DNA of 63,803 bases, the filler included, from an uncultured Ignavibacteriales bacterium (GTDB lineage Bacteria > Zixibacteria > MSB-5A5 > GN15 > JAAZOE01): assembly GCA_964611355.1 (NCBI GenBank). It is 4 parts of 4 records of this genome, joined end to end, with 100 filler letters (N's around TTAATTAATTAA, not from the genome) between each part and the next. Parts side by side here need not be neighbours in the genome. Positions count along the whole stretch, not along the records: positions 19,446 to 37,469 come from CAZSYD010000045.1; positions 37,570 to 55,557 come from CAZSYD010000046.1; 2 more parts are not named here. One strand, given 5' to 3'. Both the position numbers and the translations under genes were made by a program. Below are positions 28,177 to 37,641 of the stretch, piece by piece (the first letter of the stretch is position 1; each line of letters begins with the position of its first letter). The notes below the pieces were generated by a model. That model was not told where the DNA came from and made no database searches. It was given only the letters and a program-made list of their open reading frames with translations.

Positions 28177-28923
28177 TTAGTACGCCATCGAATATGTTAC
28201 GATATTGAGTCCCATTTTCAGGGCGTCTAATCTTTTTTCCGGCGGGTCATTGTGCACGTGAGAATCTTCCCAGCCGTCGCCAATATCCGATTCGTGGACG
28301 TAATACAACACCAGCCGATCGTCGATGTTGATTCCCCACCCGCGGGCCGGTTTATTGTCGTGCTCATGGATTTTCGGCGGGCCGTTGGGAAAGTCGAAAA
28401 AGCAGTGGTAGATCGGGTGATCGAACGGTATTTCCTCCAGTTTATATTCCGGGAAAAGATCGGCCACCGCCCCGCGCACCGATTTGTCCATGCCGTATGA
28501 ATCGTTGATAAAGAGAAAACCGCCGGCCAGCAGGTACTGCCGCAACCGTTCTTTCTCCGTCTCGCTGAATTTGATCGTACCGTGGCCGGTGGCAAATAAA
28601 AACGGGTGGGCAAATAAATCCTCGTCCTCAATTTTAACACGCTTTTCTTCCATATCAATCGGCCAGCCTGTCTCCTCTTCTATAAATTTCAGAAGATTGG
28701 GGACTGCGGAATTGCCCCAGTACCAGTCGCCGCCACCTCCGTAATGAAGCCGGGCGACAGATACCGCATATGGATTTAGTCTGGGTGTTTCATTGCCACG
28801 TAATGTCAGGCGGAATGACTCCGTTCTCGGCGGCGGATTCGATTGAGTATGGGCCGTCGATAGAAAAGCCGGAATCGTTATGAAAACAAGAAAAAGCCGT
28901 AGCATCATATCCATATTATACAA
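28177..28923 (-). CDS. DUF4159 domain protein (exported)
   Basis: ARLHYGGGGDWY, PFLF.TGHG, LR.YL..GGFL, HPIYH, PKIHEHD, SDIGDGWED and MG.NI..Y. Confidence 0.9.
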   Translation of the reverse strand: MYNMDMMLRLFLVFITIPAFLSTAHTQSNPPPRTESFRLTLRGNETPRLNPYAVSVARLHYGGGGDWYWGNSAVPNLLKFIEEETGWPIDMEEKRVKIEDEDLFAHPFLFATGHGTIKFSETEKERLRQYLLAGGFLFINDSYGMDKSVRGAVADLFPEYKLEEIPFDHPIYHCFFDFPNGPPKIHEHDNKPARGWGINIDDRLVLYYVHESDIGDGWEDSHVHNDPPEKRLDALKMGLNIVTYSMAY

Positions 28924-29017
28924 TAAATAATAGATTTTTGGAGAAAAAGATCAGTGCCGGCGCCGAATTTTTCATCATTGGCCGATACATAGATTGATAA
29001 TCTTTGAAGGGGGTACT

Positions 29018-29587
29018 ATGAAGCTACCCGTTGTCCTGCAGTTGATTTTCCTGGCTCTGTTGGGCTTGTATGTGGCCGCGAAATCGACCGATTATGCCGA
29101 AAACATTCGCGCAGCCGATCAAATCAGGCGGCAATGGGACGAACGAGTCGAAGCCCTGAATATCGTTTCCCTTATGATACTGGAGAAACAGTTCCTGGAC
29201 GAAGCCTGCGAACGGCTTTTCCTGCAGATGGAAAATTGGCGGCAATTATTGGAAGCCGGTGCGGCGGAAGGACCGCACGCTGAATCTCAATCTCATTCGG
29301 CCGGGATTAAGGAGTTTCGGGACGAATTGAAAGAAAAAGGAATCAACCTGATCAACGCTGCGATAAATAATTGCGCACGTGACGGTATTGAACGGATCAG
29401 GGCAACGGGCGGAGTGGGCCGGGCCGGATTTGAAGAACTGGAAGCCTACTATTTAACTTATTCTCGGGGCTGCGACTTGGCCGCTTATCCCAACATGGAA
29501 ATGGGTCTTTATATGCAGCAGTTGGATAAACTGCGACAGGAGAAATCTGTTTTGTCGGATAAACTTGAGGTAATCTTGTCGCCTTGA
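29018..29587 (+). CDS. Hypothetical protein with N-terminal membrane anchor or signal peptide
   Basis: GAAGGGGG RBS before the ATG at 29018; hydrophobic N-terminus and helical remainder. Confidence 0.65.
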   Translation: MKLPVVLQLIFLALLGLYVAAKSTDYAENIRAADQIRRQWDERVEALNIVSLMILEKQFLDEACERLFLQMENWRQLLEAGAAEGPHAESQSHSAGIKEFRDELKEKGINLINAAINNCARDGIERIRATGGVGRAGFEELEAYYLTYSRGCDLAAYPNMEMGLYMQQLDKLRQEKSVLSDKLEVILSP

Positions 29588-29730
29588 AAAAAACGCAATT
29601 TAGTATTGTATTTATTAAGGCGAGTCCTTAAATCTTATCAGCGTGCCGGCAAAGGAAGGAGAACCGGCATGCGGGGAGAAACAGACGAAAACCTTAACCG
29701 CAGATCGGTTGTAAATATGGGAGAGAGAAA

Positions 29731-30654
29731 ATGCCGTTAGTATCGCTTATTGAAATATACGAAAAGGCCAACAGGGAAGCCTATGCCATTGCCCAGTTTA
29801 ACGTCAACAATCTCGAATTTATTCAGGCCGCAATGGAAGTTGCGGAAGAGATGAAATCGCCGGTTATTCTGGCCGCCTCCAAATCGGCAATCAAATATGC
29901 CGGTCTCGGTTACCTGATGGGGATGGTCAGGGCGGGAGCAAGCGCGGTTTCGGTACCGGTCGCCATGCACCTTGATCATGGCGCCGAACCGGCCGACGCC
30001 AGGATGTGCATCGAGGCCGGGTTTACATCGGTCATGATTGACGCATCCAAAAAGCCGATGGATGAAAACATCCGGATCACCCGGGAAGTCGTGGCGATGG
30101 CGAAACCTCGCGGCGTCTGTGTCGAGGCTGAACTTGGCCGCCTTGGCGGTATCGAGGACGAAGTCGTCGTCGATGAAAAGGAAGCCTTTTTAACCGACCC
30201 GGAAGAGGCTGAACGTTTTATCAAAGAGACCGGTTGTAACGCTCTTGCTATTGCGGTCGGTACCAGCCACGGAGCATATAAGTTCAAACATACGCCGGAA
30301 CTGGCCATGGATCGAATAACCGAGATCAAAAAGCGAACCGGCATCGCGCTGGTTCTCCACGGGGCCAGCGGCGTTCCGAAAGATTTGCTCGACAAGGCGG
30401 CCAAATACGGAGCCAAACTTCCCGGCGCCATGGGCGTGCCGGACGAGGCATATAAAGACGCAGTCTCGCGCGGTATCAACAAGATCAATATCGACACCGA
30501 TCTGCGGCTGGCCTTTATGACGGCTGTTCGAGAATTTCTGACCAACAATCCGACCGTCTTCGACCCGCGCAAGATTTTGGGCCCCGCCAGGGAAGCGATC
30601 AAAGACCAGATGCGCAAAAAAATCAATCTCTTCGGCTCAGCCGGGAAGGGTTGA
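29731..30654 (+). CDS. fba: Class II fructose-1,6-bisphosphate aldolase
   Basis: FNVNNLE, HLDHG, SVMIDAS, VEAELG, GTSHGAYK, LVLHGASG, KINIDTD and DPRK. Confidence 0.96.
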   Translation: MPLVSLIEIYEKANREAYAIAQFNVNNLEFIQAAMEVAEEMKSPVILAASKSAIKYAGLGYLMGMVRAGASAVSVPVAMHLDHGAEPADARMCIEAGFTSVMIDASKKPMDENIRITREVVAMAKPRGVCVEAELGRLGGIEDEVVVDEKEAFLTDPEEAERFIKETGCNALAIAVGTSHGAYKFKHTPELAMDRITEIKKRTGIALVLHGASGVPKDLLDKAAKYGAKLPGAMGVPDEAYKDAVSRGINKINIDTDLRLAFMTAVREFLTNNPTVFDPRKILGPAREAIKDQMRKKINLFGSAGKG

Positions 30655-30676
30655 TTACAACAGCATTCCTGATTTC

Positions 30677-30707
30677 GCAGGGGCGGTTCATGAACCGCCC
30701 TTGTTTT
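30677..30707 (+). terminator. Palindromic terminator or REP-like element after fba
   Basis: Perfect palindrome GGGCGGTTCATGAACCGCCC followed by TTGTTTT. Confidence 0.7.
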
Positions 30708-30811
30708 ATGATCCGTGCCGTATTATCTTGAATATAAAATAATCGTACGGGAAACGGGGATATAACCTCCGTGATGTACAAATAATCCGTGTTTGTATAG
30801 AGGACAAGAAC

Positions 30812-31348
30812 ATGCCGGAAAGAATGCCCGGTGTCGGTTTCAGAATGATGACCTGGACTTTTTATCTCATGGACCTTTTCCGAAAGCCGGATAAGATACT
30901 GAATAAATTCGGGATTGAAAAAGGCTTTACTGTTATCGATTATGGTTGCGGCCCGGGAAGGTATATCAAAAAGGCGTCCGGATTGGTCGATGAAAAAGGG
31001 AAAGTATATACCGTCGATATCCATGAACTGGCTGTGGAAGCAGTCCGGAAGTCAGCGAAGAAAGAAAACCTGACCAATGTTGTGCCGGTATTGGCTAACG
31101 GTTATTCGTGTGACATCGAATCAGATTCCGCCGATCTTATTTACGCGCTGGATATGTTCCATCAGATCAGGCAGCCGGAACCGTTTCTACTGGAATTACG
31201 GCGAATAGTCAGACCTGACGGCGTATTAATTATTGACAACGGCCACCAGTCCCGCGAAAAGGCAAAAACAAAAATCGAAGGTTCCGGAGCCTGGCAGATT
31301 GCCGAAGAGAACAAGCGATTTCTAAAATGCAGACCGATTAATAAATAG
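30812..31348 (+). CDS. Class I SAM-dependent methyltransferase
   Basis: VIDYGCGPG, V.TVDI, DLIY..D.FH and R.V.PDG.L. Confidence 0.9.
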   Translation: MPERMPGVGFRMMTWTFYLMDLFRKPDKILNKFGIEKGFTVIDYGCGPGRYIKKASGLVDEKGKVYTVDIHELAVEAVRKSAKKENLTNVVPVLANGYSCDIESDSADLIYALDMFHQIRQPEPFLLELRRIVRPDGVLIIDNGHQSREKAKTKIEGSGAWQIAEENKRFLKCRPINK

Positions 31349-31388
31349 TCTTCCGATAGGTCAAAGCATTTCCAAAAAGCCAACATCC

Positions 31389-32759
31389 TTACTTGAACGG
31401 CTCCAGGTGCAGGGTTACGGAAACCAACTCCTTTATCTCGATTTTCAGCTTTTGCTCGACCTCCTCGGATGCTTTGTGGGTCTGCTCAAGAGGCAGTCTT
31501 CCATCGAGGCGTATATCGGCCGACAATGCCAGTCCGTTCGAGTGCGGCGTCAAAACGATATTGTGACAGTCTTCAATCCCCGGAAATGATTCTACTATCT
31601 CCCTGACTCTTGAAGCGATAACCTCTATGTCCGTGACGGCAGCGTCGTCTTTGACGGGGCATTCCTCTTCGAGCGGTTCGGGATGAATGACGACTTTTTT
31701 TAGACTATCAATCGATTCATGCAGTTTTCCGGTGATGGCCGTTACTTTGTCGTGGGCTTCATCGAGAGTTATCTCCCCGGGCATTTCGATATGCATCGAT
31801 ACGAAGTAACCTTCTTTTTCCGGATTGATGATCAGGTGATGCAGCGATAAGCCAAAAGAAGAAACCACATATCGTACCGCGTCGGCGATTTTTTCCGATT
31901 CGTGGGAACCGGGTTTAAAGGCAAGAGCTATATCAACCCGGGGCAGGCTTTTTCGAAGCTTTTGCCGGATTCGCTCTTTTAGTTCGCTCGCTCCGGCAAA
32001 AGTCAACGACCGGTCAACGTCAACAATCAGATCGGCAAAAATAGTCTGACCGTCGCTTCGCAGACGCAGCCGGTTAATTTTCAGAATCTCCGGAAAATCG
32101 AACAGTCTGTCTCTGATAGTTTTTTCCACTGCCTGCGGCGCCCGATCAAGGAGAATGTCGATGGACTTTTTGGCCATGCGGCCGATGGCCGTCAAGATAA
32201 ATATCGTTACTCCGATAGCGGCTGCGGGATCGGCCCAGCTTAGGCCGAGATTAACGGCAACCAGACCGAAGATAACCACCATAGAGGAGAAAATGTCGGT
32301 GGCGAAATTTAAAGCGTCGGCTTCCAGCGCCTGGCTGCCATATTTCCCGGCTACCCGCCTCAGGGCGCGAACCCGGGAAATGTCGATGGCAATCGACCCA
32401 AGAATAACCGCGTAAGCCCAGATATTCGGATTGAACTCAAACGAGGGTTTCTGCAATCTGCCAACCGCCTCGTGGATGATCCATACACACGTGACCAGTA
32501 AAAGCAGGACCTGAACCAGGGCCGCCAGCGATTCCACTTTTGTGTGCCCGAAATGGTGGTCGCGGTCGGCCGGCCGGTCGGATATCCTAACCGCAAAGTA
32601 GGTTATAATGGATGCTCCCATATCCAGAAACGAATGCAGGGCATCGGTGAGTATCGCCAGCGACCCGGTTAGAATACCGATGATGGATTTGCCCGCGATC
32701 ATTAATATGGAGGCGGCTATGGAATAAAGAGCGACTGATCTTTTTTCGTTTTTTTTCAT
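31389..32759 (-). CDS. Cation diffusion facilitator with extended C-terminus (three ZT-dimer-like domains)
   Basis: SLA..TDALHS..D, P.D..H.FGH.K.E and SQAL.ADA...TD; repeats ending AHD...H.EP and THK...HLEP. Confidence 0.92.
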   Translation of the reverse strand: MKKNEKRSVALYSIAASILMIAGKSIIGILTGSLAILTDALHSFLDMGASIITYFAVRISDRPADRDHHFGHTKVESLAALVQVLLLLVTCVWIIHEAVGRLQKPSFEFNPNIWAYAVILGSIAIDISRVRALRRVAGKYGSQALEADALNFATDIFSSMVVIFGLVAVNLGLSWADPAAAIGVTIFILTAIGRMAKKSIDILLDRAPQAVEKTIRDRLFDFPEILKINRLRLRSDGQTIFADLIVDVDRSLTFAGASELKERIRQKLRKSLPRVDIALAFKPGSHESEKIADAVRYVVSSFGLSLHHLIINPEKEGYFVSMHIEMPGEITLDEAHDKVTAITGKLHESIDSLKKVVIHPEPLEEECPVKDDAAVTDIEVIASRVREIVESFPGIEDCHNIVLTPHSNGLALSADIRLDGRLPLEQTHKASEEVEQKLKIEIKELVSVTLHLEPFK

Positions 32760-32966
32760 TTAACTATATACAACGACCAAAGGCTTACGTTTTAACAATG
32801 CCATCAACTTTAAGATAGCCGTCTCCTGAATTTTTAGCAAAAATTTTGTTATCATAGAAACGCGATTTCGGCTTCGCCTAAGAATTATTGATTTTTGTGA
32901 TTTCTATTCATAAATATATGGCCTCTGGGTATGGTGCCGATATAATAACAGGAGAAGGGAAAGAAG

Positions 32967-33350
32967 ATGGATAAAAAAACCATATTGGTTGTCGATGATG
33001 AAGAAATCATTTGTGATCTTCTGTCCGGGATTCTGAATAAACTCGGGTATAATGTCATAATTGCAGGGAGTGGGCAACAGGCAGTGGATCTTTTCAGCCG
33101 GAAGCACTCCGAGATAGATCTGGCCATTATTGACCTGTTTATGCCTGAAATGGACGGCCGTAAGATCATGACGCATATGAAATCGATCGATCCCAACGTG
33201 ATTATCCTTCTTTCCAGCGGGCAGCACGAGATTGTTACAACGACCATAAGCGCTGACGCGAAGGCAGACGGCCTTTTGCCCAAACCTTATCGCGCGGGCC
33301 AGCTGGCTCAGGCGATAGAAAAGGCTTTTGAAAACAGAGTGGTTCCTTAG
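32967..33350 (+). CDS. Single-domain response regulator
   Basis: ILVVDDE, D..MP.MDG, SSG and KPY. Confidence 0.92.
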   Translation: MDKKTILVVDDEEIICDLLSGILNKLGYNVIIAGSGQQAVDLFSRKHSEIDLAIIDLFMPEMDGRKIMTHMKSIDPNVIILLSSGQHEIVTTTISADAKADGLLPKPYRAGQLAQAIEKAFENRVVP

Positions 33351-33365
33351 GATAAGAAATGTCAA

Positions 33366-35057
33366 CTAAGCAGTTTCTACAGCGGCTTCGTCGGTAACCT
33401 TATGTTTAATCGGCAGATCGATCGTAAACGTCGTTCCCTCACCCGGAACCGAATCAACTGCTATGCGGCCGTTATGCTTGTCGATGATATTTTTACAAAC
33501 GACCAGCCCGATCCCGTGCCCGGATTCCTTGGTCGTGAATTTTTCCCGGAATATTTTCTTCAGTTTCGACTCGGCAATTCCCGGGCCATGATCCTTAATC
33601 GACAGCCGGATCATATCATCGGTCTGCCCTGATATTTTTATTTCTATCTTTTTGGTCTCCGAATTGGCGGAAGCTTCAGCGGCGTTATTGAGCAGGTTGT
33701 ACAGCACCTGTTCAATCAAACCGTGATCAATTTCCGCTTCCGGTTTATCGCTGTCGGACGTAACCCCTATATCGAAGTCACGAAAGCGTTTTTGAGGCCG
33801 CAGGAATTCCACGATTCGTTCCAGGAGGAGATTAATGTTGACTGTCTTAAAGGTGGCCTTCTGGAGAGAGGAGTAGTCCATCAACCCTTTCGCAAATCGG
33901 CTGATTTTTTCCAGGTGATCGTTAATTGATTCGGTAAATCGTTCAAGACCCTCGGTTACTCCTTTTTGAATCCGCAAATCCATGAGTTGAAAGTTGGCAA
34001 CTACGACTCCAAGGTAATTGTTTAGTTCGTGGCCGATTTCGGTCGACATCTGGCCGCGGGTAGCCATTTTTTCCATTTTCAGGGTTTGTTCCTGTAAATA
34101 TTCCAAGCGCCGGTATGCTTCCCGCGAATCTTCAAGCAGTTGCAGGTTTTCCAGCGATATGGTCAACTGGCTGGAAATGAAGTTAAGAAACTGGGTATCG
34201 GAGCTTTTCAACCTGTAATCGGGAACGGCGTGAAACATGGAAATGAATCCGAGCATCTTTTCCGACCTGATCAGCGGGACGATTACCGCGGCTTTTGACG
34301 CAAAAAACCTTTCCGGAAGAATTTTGTCCCTGTTCGTCTGAAAAACTGGTGTTCCGAAGAGGGGATGTTGAGTTTCATCCTGGATGAGGATCGGAGATTT
34401 GACCGGTTGTATCGAATCCCAATCGGCGGTGGAAATATCAAAGTTGGAAACCTCGTCGGTACCGTCAAAGGTTTTGGTTGACTGCATAAGGACCATTTCC
34501 TCGTTACGGCGGTCGAAATAAACAACGGTGCCAGCTTCGGCGTTACTCTGGATGATGGCGAAGGAAAGTGACAGTTGCAGCAGCGAAGCCAGGTCGCCCG
34601 AGGCGTACATCATATTTGACAGGTCGGCGATCTTGTTTAGTTCTCGGGAAAGGGTCGCTTCGCTGTCGAATTTTTTTTGCTCCATGGCCCGCGATATCGC
34701 CTGCCGAATTTCCGACAGCTCGAATGGTTTCATAATGTAATCGTAGGCGCCCTCTTTAATGGCCTGCTTGGCGGTATCAAGGTTTGCGTAGCCGGTCATG
34801 AAGATGATGCCGGCGGTGGGGGATATTTTATGAATCTCCTTGACCAGTTCAATACCGTTCATTTCCGGCATTCTGATATCGGTCAGGATGAAGTCGAATT
34901 GGCGGCTCTTGACCAATTCAATGGCCTCGTTGGCCGAAAGGGTGGTAACAACGTCGTACCCGTCGTCCGTCAGCGTATCTTCGACCAGGCTGAGGACGAT
35001 CTGTTCATCGTCGACAACCAGGATACTGCCGCCGATATGATTAACATTATCTGCCAA
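33366..35057 (-). CDS. Hybrid histidine kinase (REC-GAF-HisKA-HATPase)
   Basis: N-terminal receiver, GAF-like middle (VPL...LG, LEN.QL), HELNN, NLLNNA, D.GPGI, FTTK and G.GIGL. Confidence 0.93.
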   Translation of the reverse strand: MADNVNHIGGSILVVDDEQIVLSLVEDTLTDDGYDVVTTLSANEAIELVKSRQFDFILTDIRMPEMNGIELVKEIHKISPTAGIIFMTGYANLDTAKQAIKEGAYDYIMKPFELSEIRQAISRAMEQKKFDSEATLSRELNKIADLSNMMYASGDLASLLQLSLSFAIIQSNAEAGTVVYFDRRNEEMVLMQSTKTFDGTDEVSNFDISTADWDSIQPVKSPILIQDETQHPLFGTPVFQTNRDKILPERFFASKAAVIVPLIRSEKMLGFISMFHAVPDYRLKSSDTQFLNFISSQLTISLENLQLLEDSREAYRRLEYLQEQTLKMEKMATRGQMSTEIGHELNNYLGVVVANFQLMDLRIQKGVTEGLERFTESINDHLEKISRFAKGLMDYSSLQKATFKTVNINLLLERIVEFLRPQKRFRDFDIGVTSDSDKPEAEIDHGLIEQVLYNLLNNAAEASANSETKKIEIKISGQTDDMIRLSIKDHGPGIAESKLKKIFREKFTTKESGHGIGLVVCKNIIDKHNGRIAVDSVPGEGTTFTIDLPIKHKVTDEAAVETA

Positions 35058-35457
35058 TTGGGACTGCTCCTTGGGTAATAACCTTTCTTATCAATCGGCG
35101 TAACTCGTTTACATCAAACGGCTTTTGGAGACAGCAGAGCGCGCCTTCCGCTCTGGCCTGTTTGGCCAGTTTGTCCGGAAAGCTATCGGTCAGGACGATT
35201 TTGGAAAACGGCTTGGCGGTAATTATTTCCCGGACGGTCTCCATGCCGTTCATCCTGGGCATGTGAACGTCGCATATGATCAATATGTAATCTTCCTTCA
35301 GTGCTCTGGCCGCGCCGGTTTCACCGTTTTCAGCGACGTCCACGATAAAGCCCTCATCGGTTAGTATCTCACTCAGCATTTCCCTGATTATCGGCGAATC
35401 ATCGATAACCAGTATTTTCTTGCGCCGACTCTCGTGATTATCCTTCTTGTCGGTCAT
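35047..35457 (-). CDS. Single-domain response regulator
   Basis: ILVIDDS, DVHMP.MNG and KPF; start at the ATG at 35457 (MTDKK) after GGAGG. Confidence 0.9.
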   Translation of the reverse strand: MTDKKDNHESRRKKILVIDDSPIIREMLSEILTDEGFIVDVAENGETGAARALKEDYILIICDVHMPRMNGMETVREIITAKPFSKIVLTDSFPDKLAKQARAEGALCCLQKPFDVNELRRLIRKVITQGAVPIGR

Positions 35458-35827
35458 CAGAGTAATCCTCCAGGCATCGGTCAACTTCACTGAGAAGCTG
35501 CACGATGGTAAAAGGCTTGCAGAGAAAGCCGTCGACTCCCAGCCGAGCGCACTCGCTGGCAATATCCAGCGAGGTATATCCGGTAATGACGATAATCGGA
35601 ATTCTGGAATTAAATCTCTTGGCGAACTTGATTACTTCATTTCCTCCCATTACCGGCATTTTGATATCGGTGATAATCAGGTCGGGCAGATGACCTGGGA
35701 TCTTATCGATGGCGTCCTGTCCGTTTACGGCATGGGTCACCTTAAAATCGTCGAGAACCTCGGAGACGAAGTCTCGAATGACAGCCTCGTCATCCACGAC
35801 AAGAATACGAGCCTTCCGCTCACTCAT
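35438..35827 (-). CDS. Single-domain response regulator
   Basis: ILVVDDE, DIKMP, ITGY and KPF. Confidence 0.92.
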   Translation of the reverse strand: MSERKARILVVDDEAVIRDFVSEVLDDFKVTHAVNGQDAIDKIPGHLPDLIITDIKMPVMGGNEVIKFAKRFNSRIPIIVITGYTSLDIASECARLGVDGFLCKPFTIVQLLSEVDRCLEDYSDDRQEG

Positions 35828-37467
35828 CGGTTCTGCCCTCCCATGGCTCTTTGACCCTTCTCTTTTCTTGTATCGGGCGAAGAGGTTGATTTCTCAAGAG
35901 GGAGAATAATGACAAAGGTGGTGCCGCAATCCTCGACCGACTCGACTTTGATCTCGCCGCCGTGCTCCTTAATAATGCCGTAACTGACCGAAAGTCCCAG
36001 ACCCGTGCCCTGGCCGACCTCTTTTGTGGTAAAGAACGGCTCGAAGATGTTTTTCTGTATTTCGGCCGGGATGCCGCATCCGTCATCGCTGAAGCTGATT
36101 TCCACCGCTCCCATAAACCCGCCCAGGCCCGGCGAATAGCGGTTGGAGATAATAAGATTTCCCCCGTAAGACATGGCATGAAGGGCGTTTATGATGATAT
36201 TGGTGAATACCTGCTGCAACATGCTGGCGTTTGCCCGGATGATGGGAATATTTTCCTGCAGGTCGGTCGTCAGGGCGATTTTGTGCATCGTCAATTGATG
36301 CTCGATAAGGCTGATGGTTTCAATCAGTACCTCGTTGATATTGATATCAACCATTTCGATTTTGGACGACGACCGCGAGAACCGCAACAGGTTCTGTACG
36401 ATCGTCTTACACCGGCGGGTCTGGTTTTCGATATTTTTTAGATACTTCTTGTAAGACTGAAATTCTTCTTCGGTGATTTCGGCGAACGGATTTCGATTCA
36501 TTTTCTCAAGGGCGTACTGGGCGTATCCCAGGATGCCGCCGAGCGGGTTGTTTAGTTCGTGAGCCACTCCGGCCGAGAGTTGACCGACGGCAACCATCTT
36601 CTCCGATTGAATCAGTTGCGCCTGGGCATCTTCAAGCTCTTTTGTCCGCTCGATTATCTTTTCCTCAAGGGTCCGATTATATTCTTCAATCTCCCGGCGC
36701 GATTCTTTCAGGGATTTGATCATACTGTCAAAGGCGGCGGACAGCTTGCCGATTTCGTCTTTGCGCTTGATGCCGGTTTCCAGCGACAGATCGCCTTTTG
36801 CGATTTTCTCGGAAGCCAGCGCCAGGCGTTCGATCGGCTTAACCACCATTCCCACAAACCCGAAGGTTAACAAGATAGTGGCTGAAATAACCAGGAGGAT
36901 TATAATAACCGCGGCGCGGATGTTTTTACGGGCATCGGCGATGGTAACCGAAAGCGACATGCCTATCCTGACGTAGCCGATAAGCTCGGTGACCACGTGG
37001 CCGCGGGATTTCCCCACGAATCCAAGGGTTTCGCGTGAGACAATAGTTCGAGTTGTAACCACAGGATAACATAGTTCGTAGAAATAAAAATCCTCGCCGG
37101 ACTCAAAGATTTTACGGATATAAAGAGAGTCTTTTCCCTCCATTTCAGCTAACTCTTCGGGTATCGTGACGCCTTCCTTGGCCTCGGCCGCCAAGACATT
37201 ATGCTCAAGATTCTGCACCACGATATAGGTGATATCTTCGGCCTGCGCGGTTGTGCCGATAAGCTCGTCGAGAATAGCCTCATTCTCAATCGATACGCCG
37301 TACTCGCAGTTGGCGGCCAGGACCTTAATGAGGGCCGACCCCTTTTTAATGAGACCCTGCTTGGCGGTTTCAATATGCCTTGAAATCAAATAATAAGATA
37401 CCAGGGCTCCGCTTGTGATAATCAACAGGGAAATGATAACTATGAATTTTACCCGCAGGCTAAGACT
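35824..37467 (-). CDS. Membrane-bound HAMP-domain sensor histidine kinase (5' end truncated by the gap)
   Basis: Two TMs, HAMP (DEIG.L), QSEK...GQL.AGVAHELNNPL, DDGCGI and FFTTK..G.GTGLGL. The frame stays open up to the N spacer (SLSLRVKFIVIISLL...). Confidence 0.92.
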   Translation of the reverse strand, partial: SLSLRVKFIVIISLLIITSGALVSYYLISRHIETAKQGLIKKGSALIKVLAANCEYGVSIENEAILDELIGTTAQAEDITYIVVQNLEHNVLAAEAKEGVTIPEELAEMEGKDSLYIRKIFESGEDFYFYELCYPVVTTRTIVSRETLGFVGKSRGHVVTELIGYVRIGMSLSVTIADARKNIRAAVIIILLVISATILLTFGFVGMVVKPIERLALASEKIAKGDLSLETGIKRKDEIGKLSAAFDSMIKSLKESRREIEEYNRTLEEKIIERTKELEDAQAQLIQSEKMVAVGQLSAGVAHELNNPLGGILGYAQYALEKMNRNPFAEITEEEFQSYKKYLKNIENQTRRCKTIVQNLLRFSRSSSKIEMVDININEVLIETISLIEHQLTMHKIALTTDLQENIPIIRANASMLQQVFTNIIINALHAMSYGGNLIISNRYSPGLGGFMGAVEISFSDDGCGIPAEIQKNIFEPFFTTKEVGQGTGLGLSVSYGIIKEHGGEIKVESVEDCGTTFVIILPLEKSTSSPDTRKEKGQRAMGGQNR

Positions 37468-37469
37468 AT

Positions 37470-37569
37470 NNNNNNNNNNNNNNNNNNNNNNNNNNNNNNN
37501 NNNNNNNNNNNNNTTAATTAATTAANNNNNNNNNNNNNNNNNNNNNNNNNNNNNNNNNNNNNNNNNNNN
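37470..37569. other. Artificial contig-joining spacer
   Basis: 44 N + TTAATTAATTAA + 44 N. Confidence 0.98.
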
Positions 37570-37641
37570 GAATCATATAATTAACGGTGTCCTGTCACCG
37601 TTCGAGTTTAACTAAATCAAACCGTTACCACGGAGGGAAAC

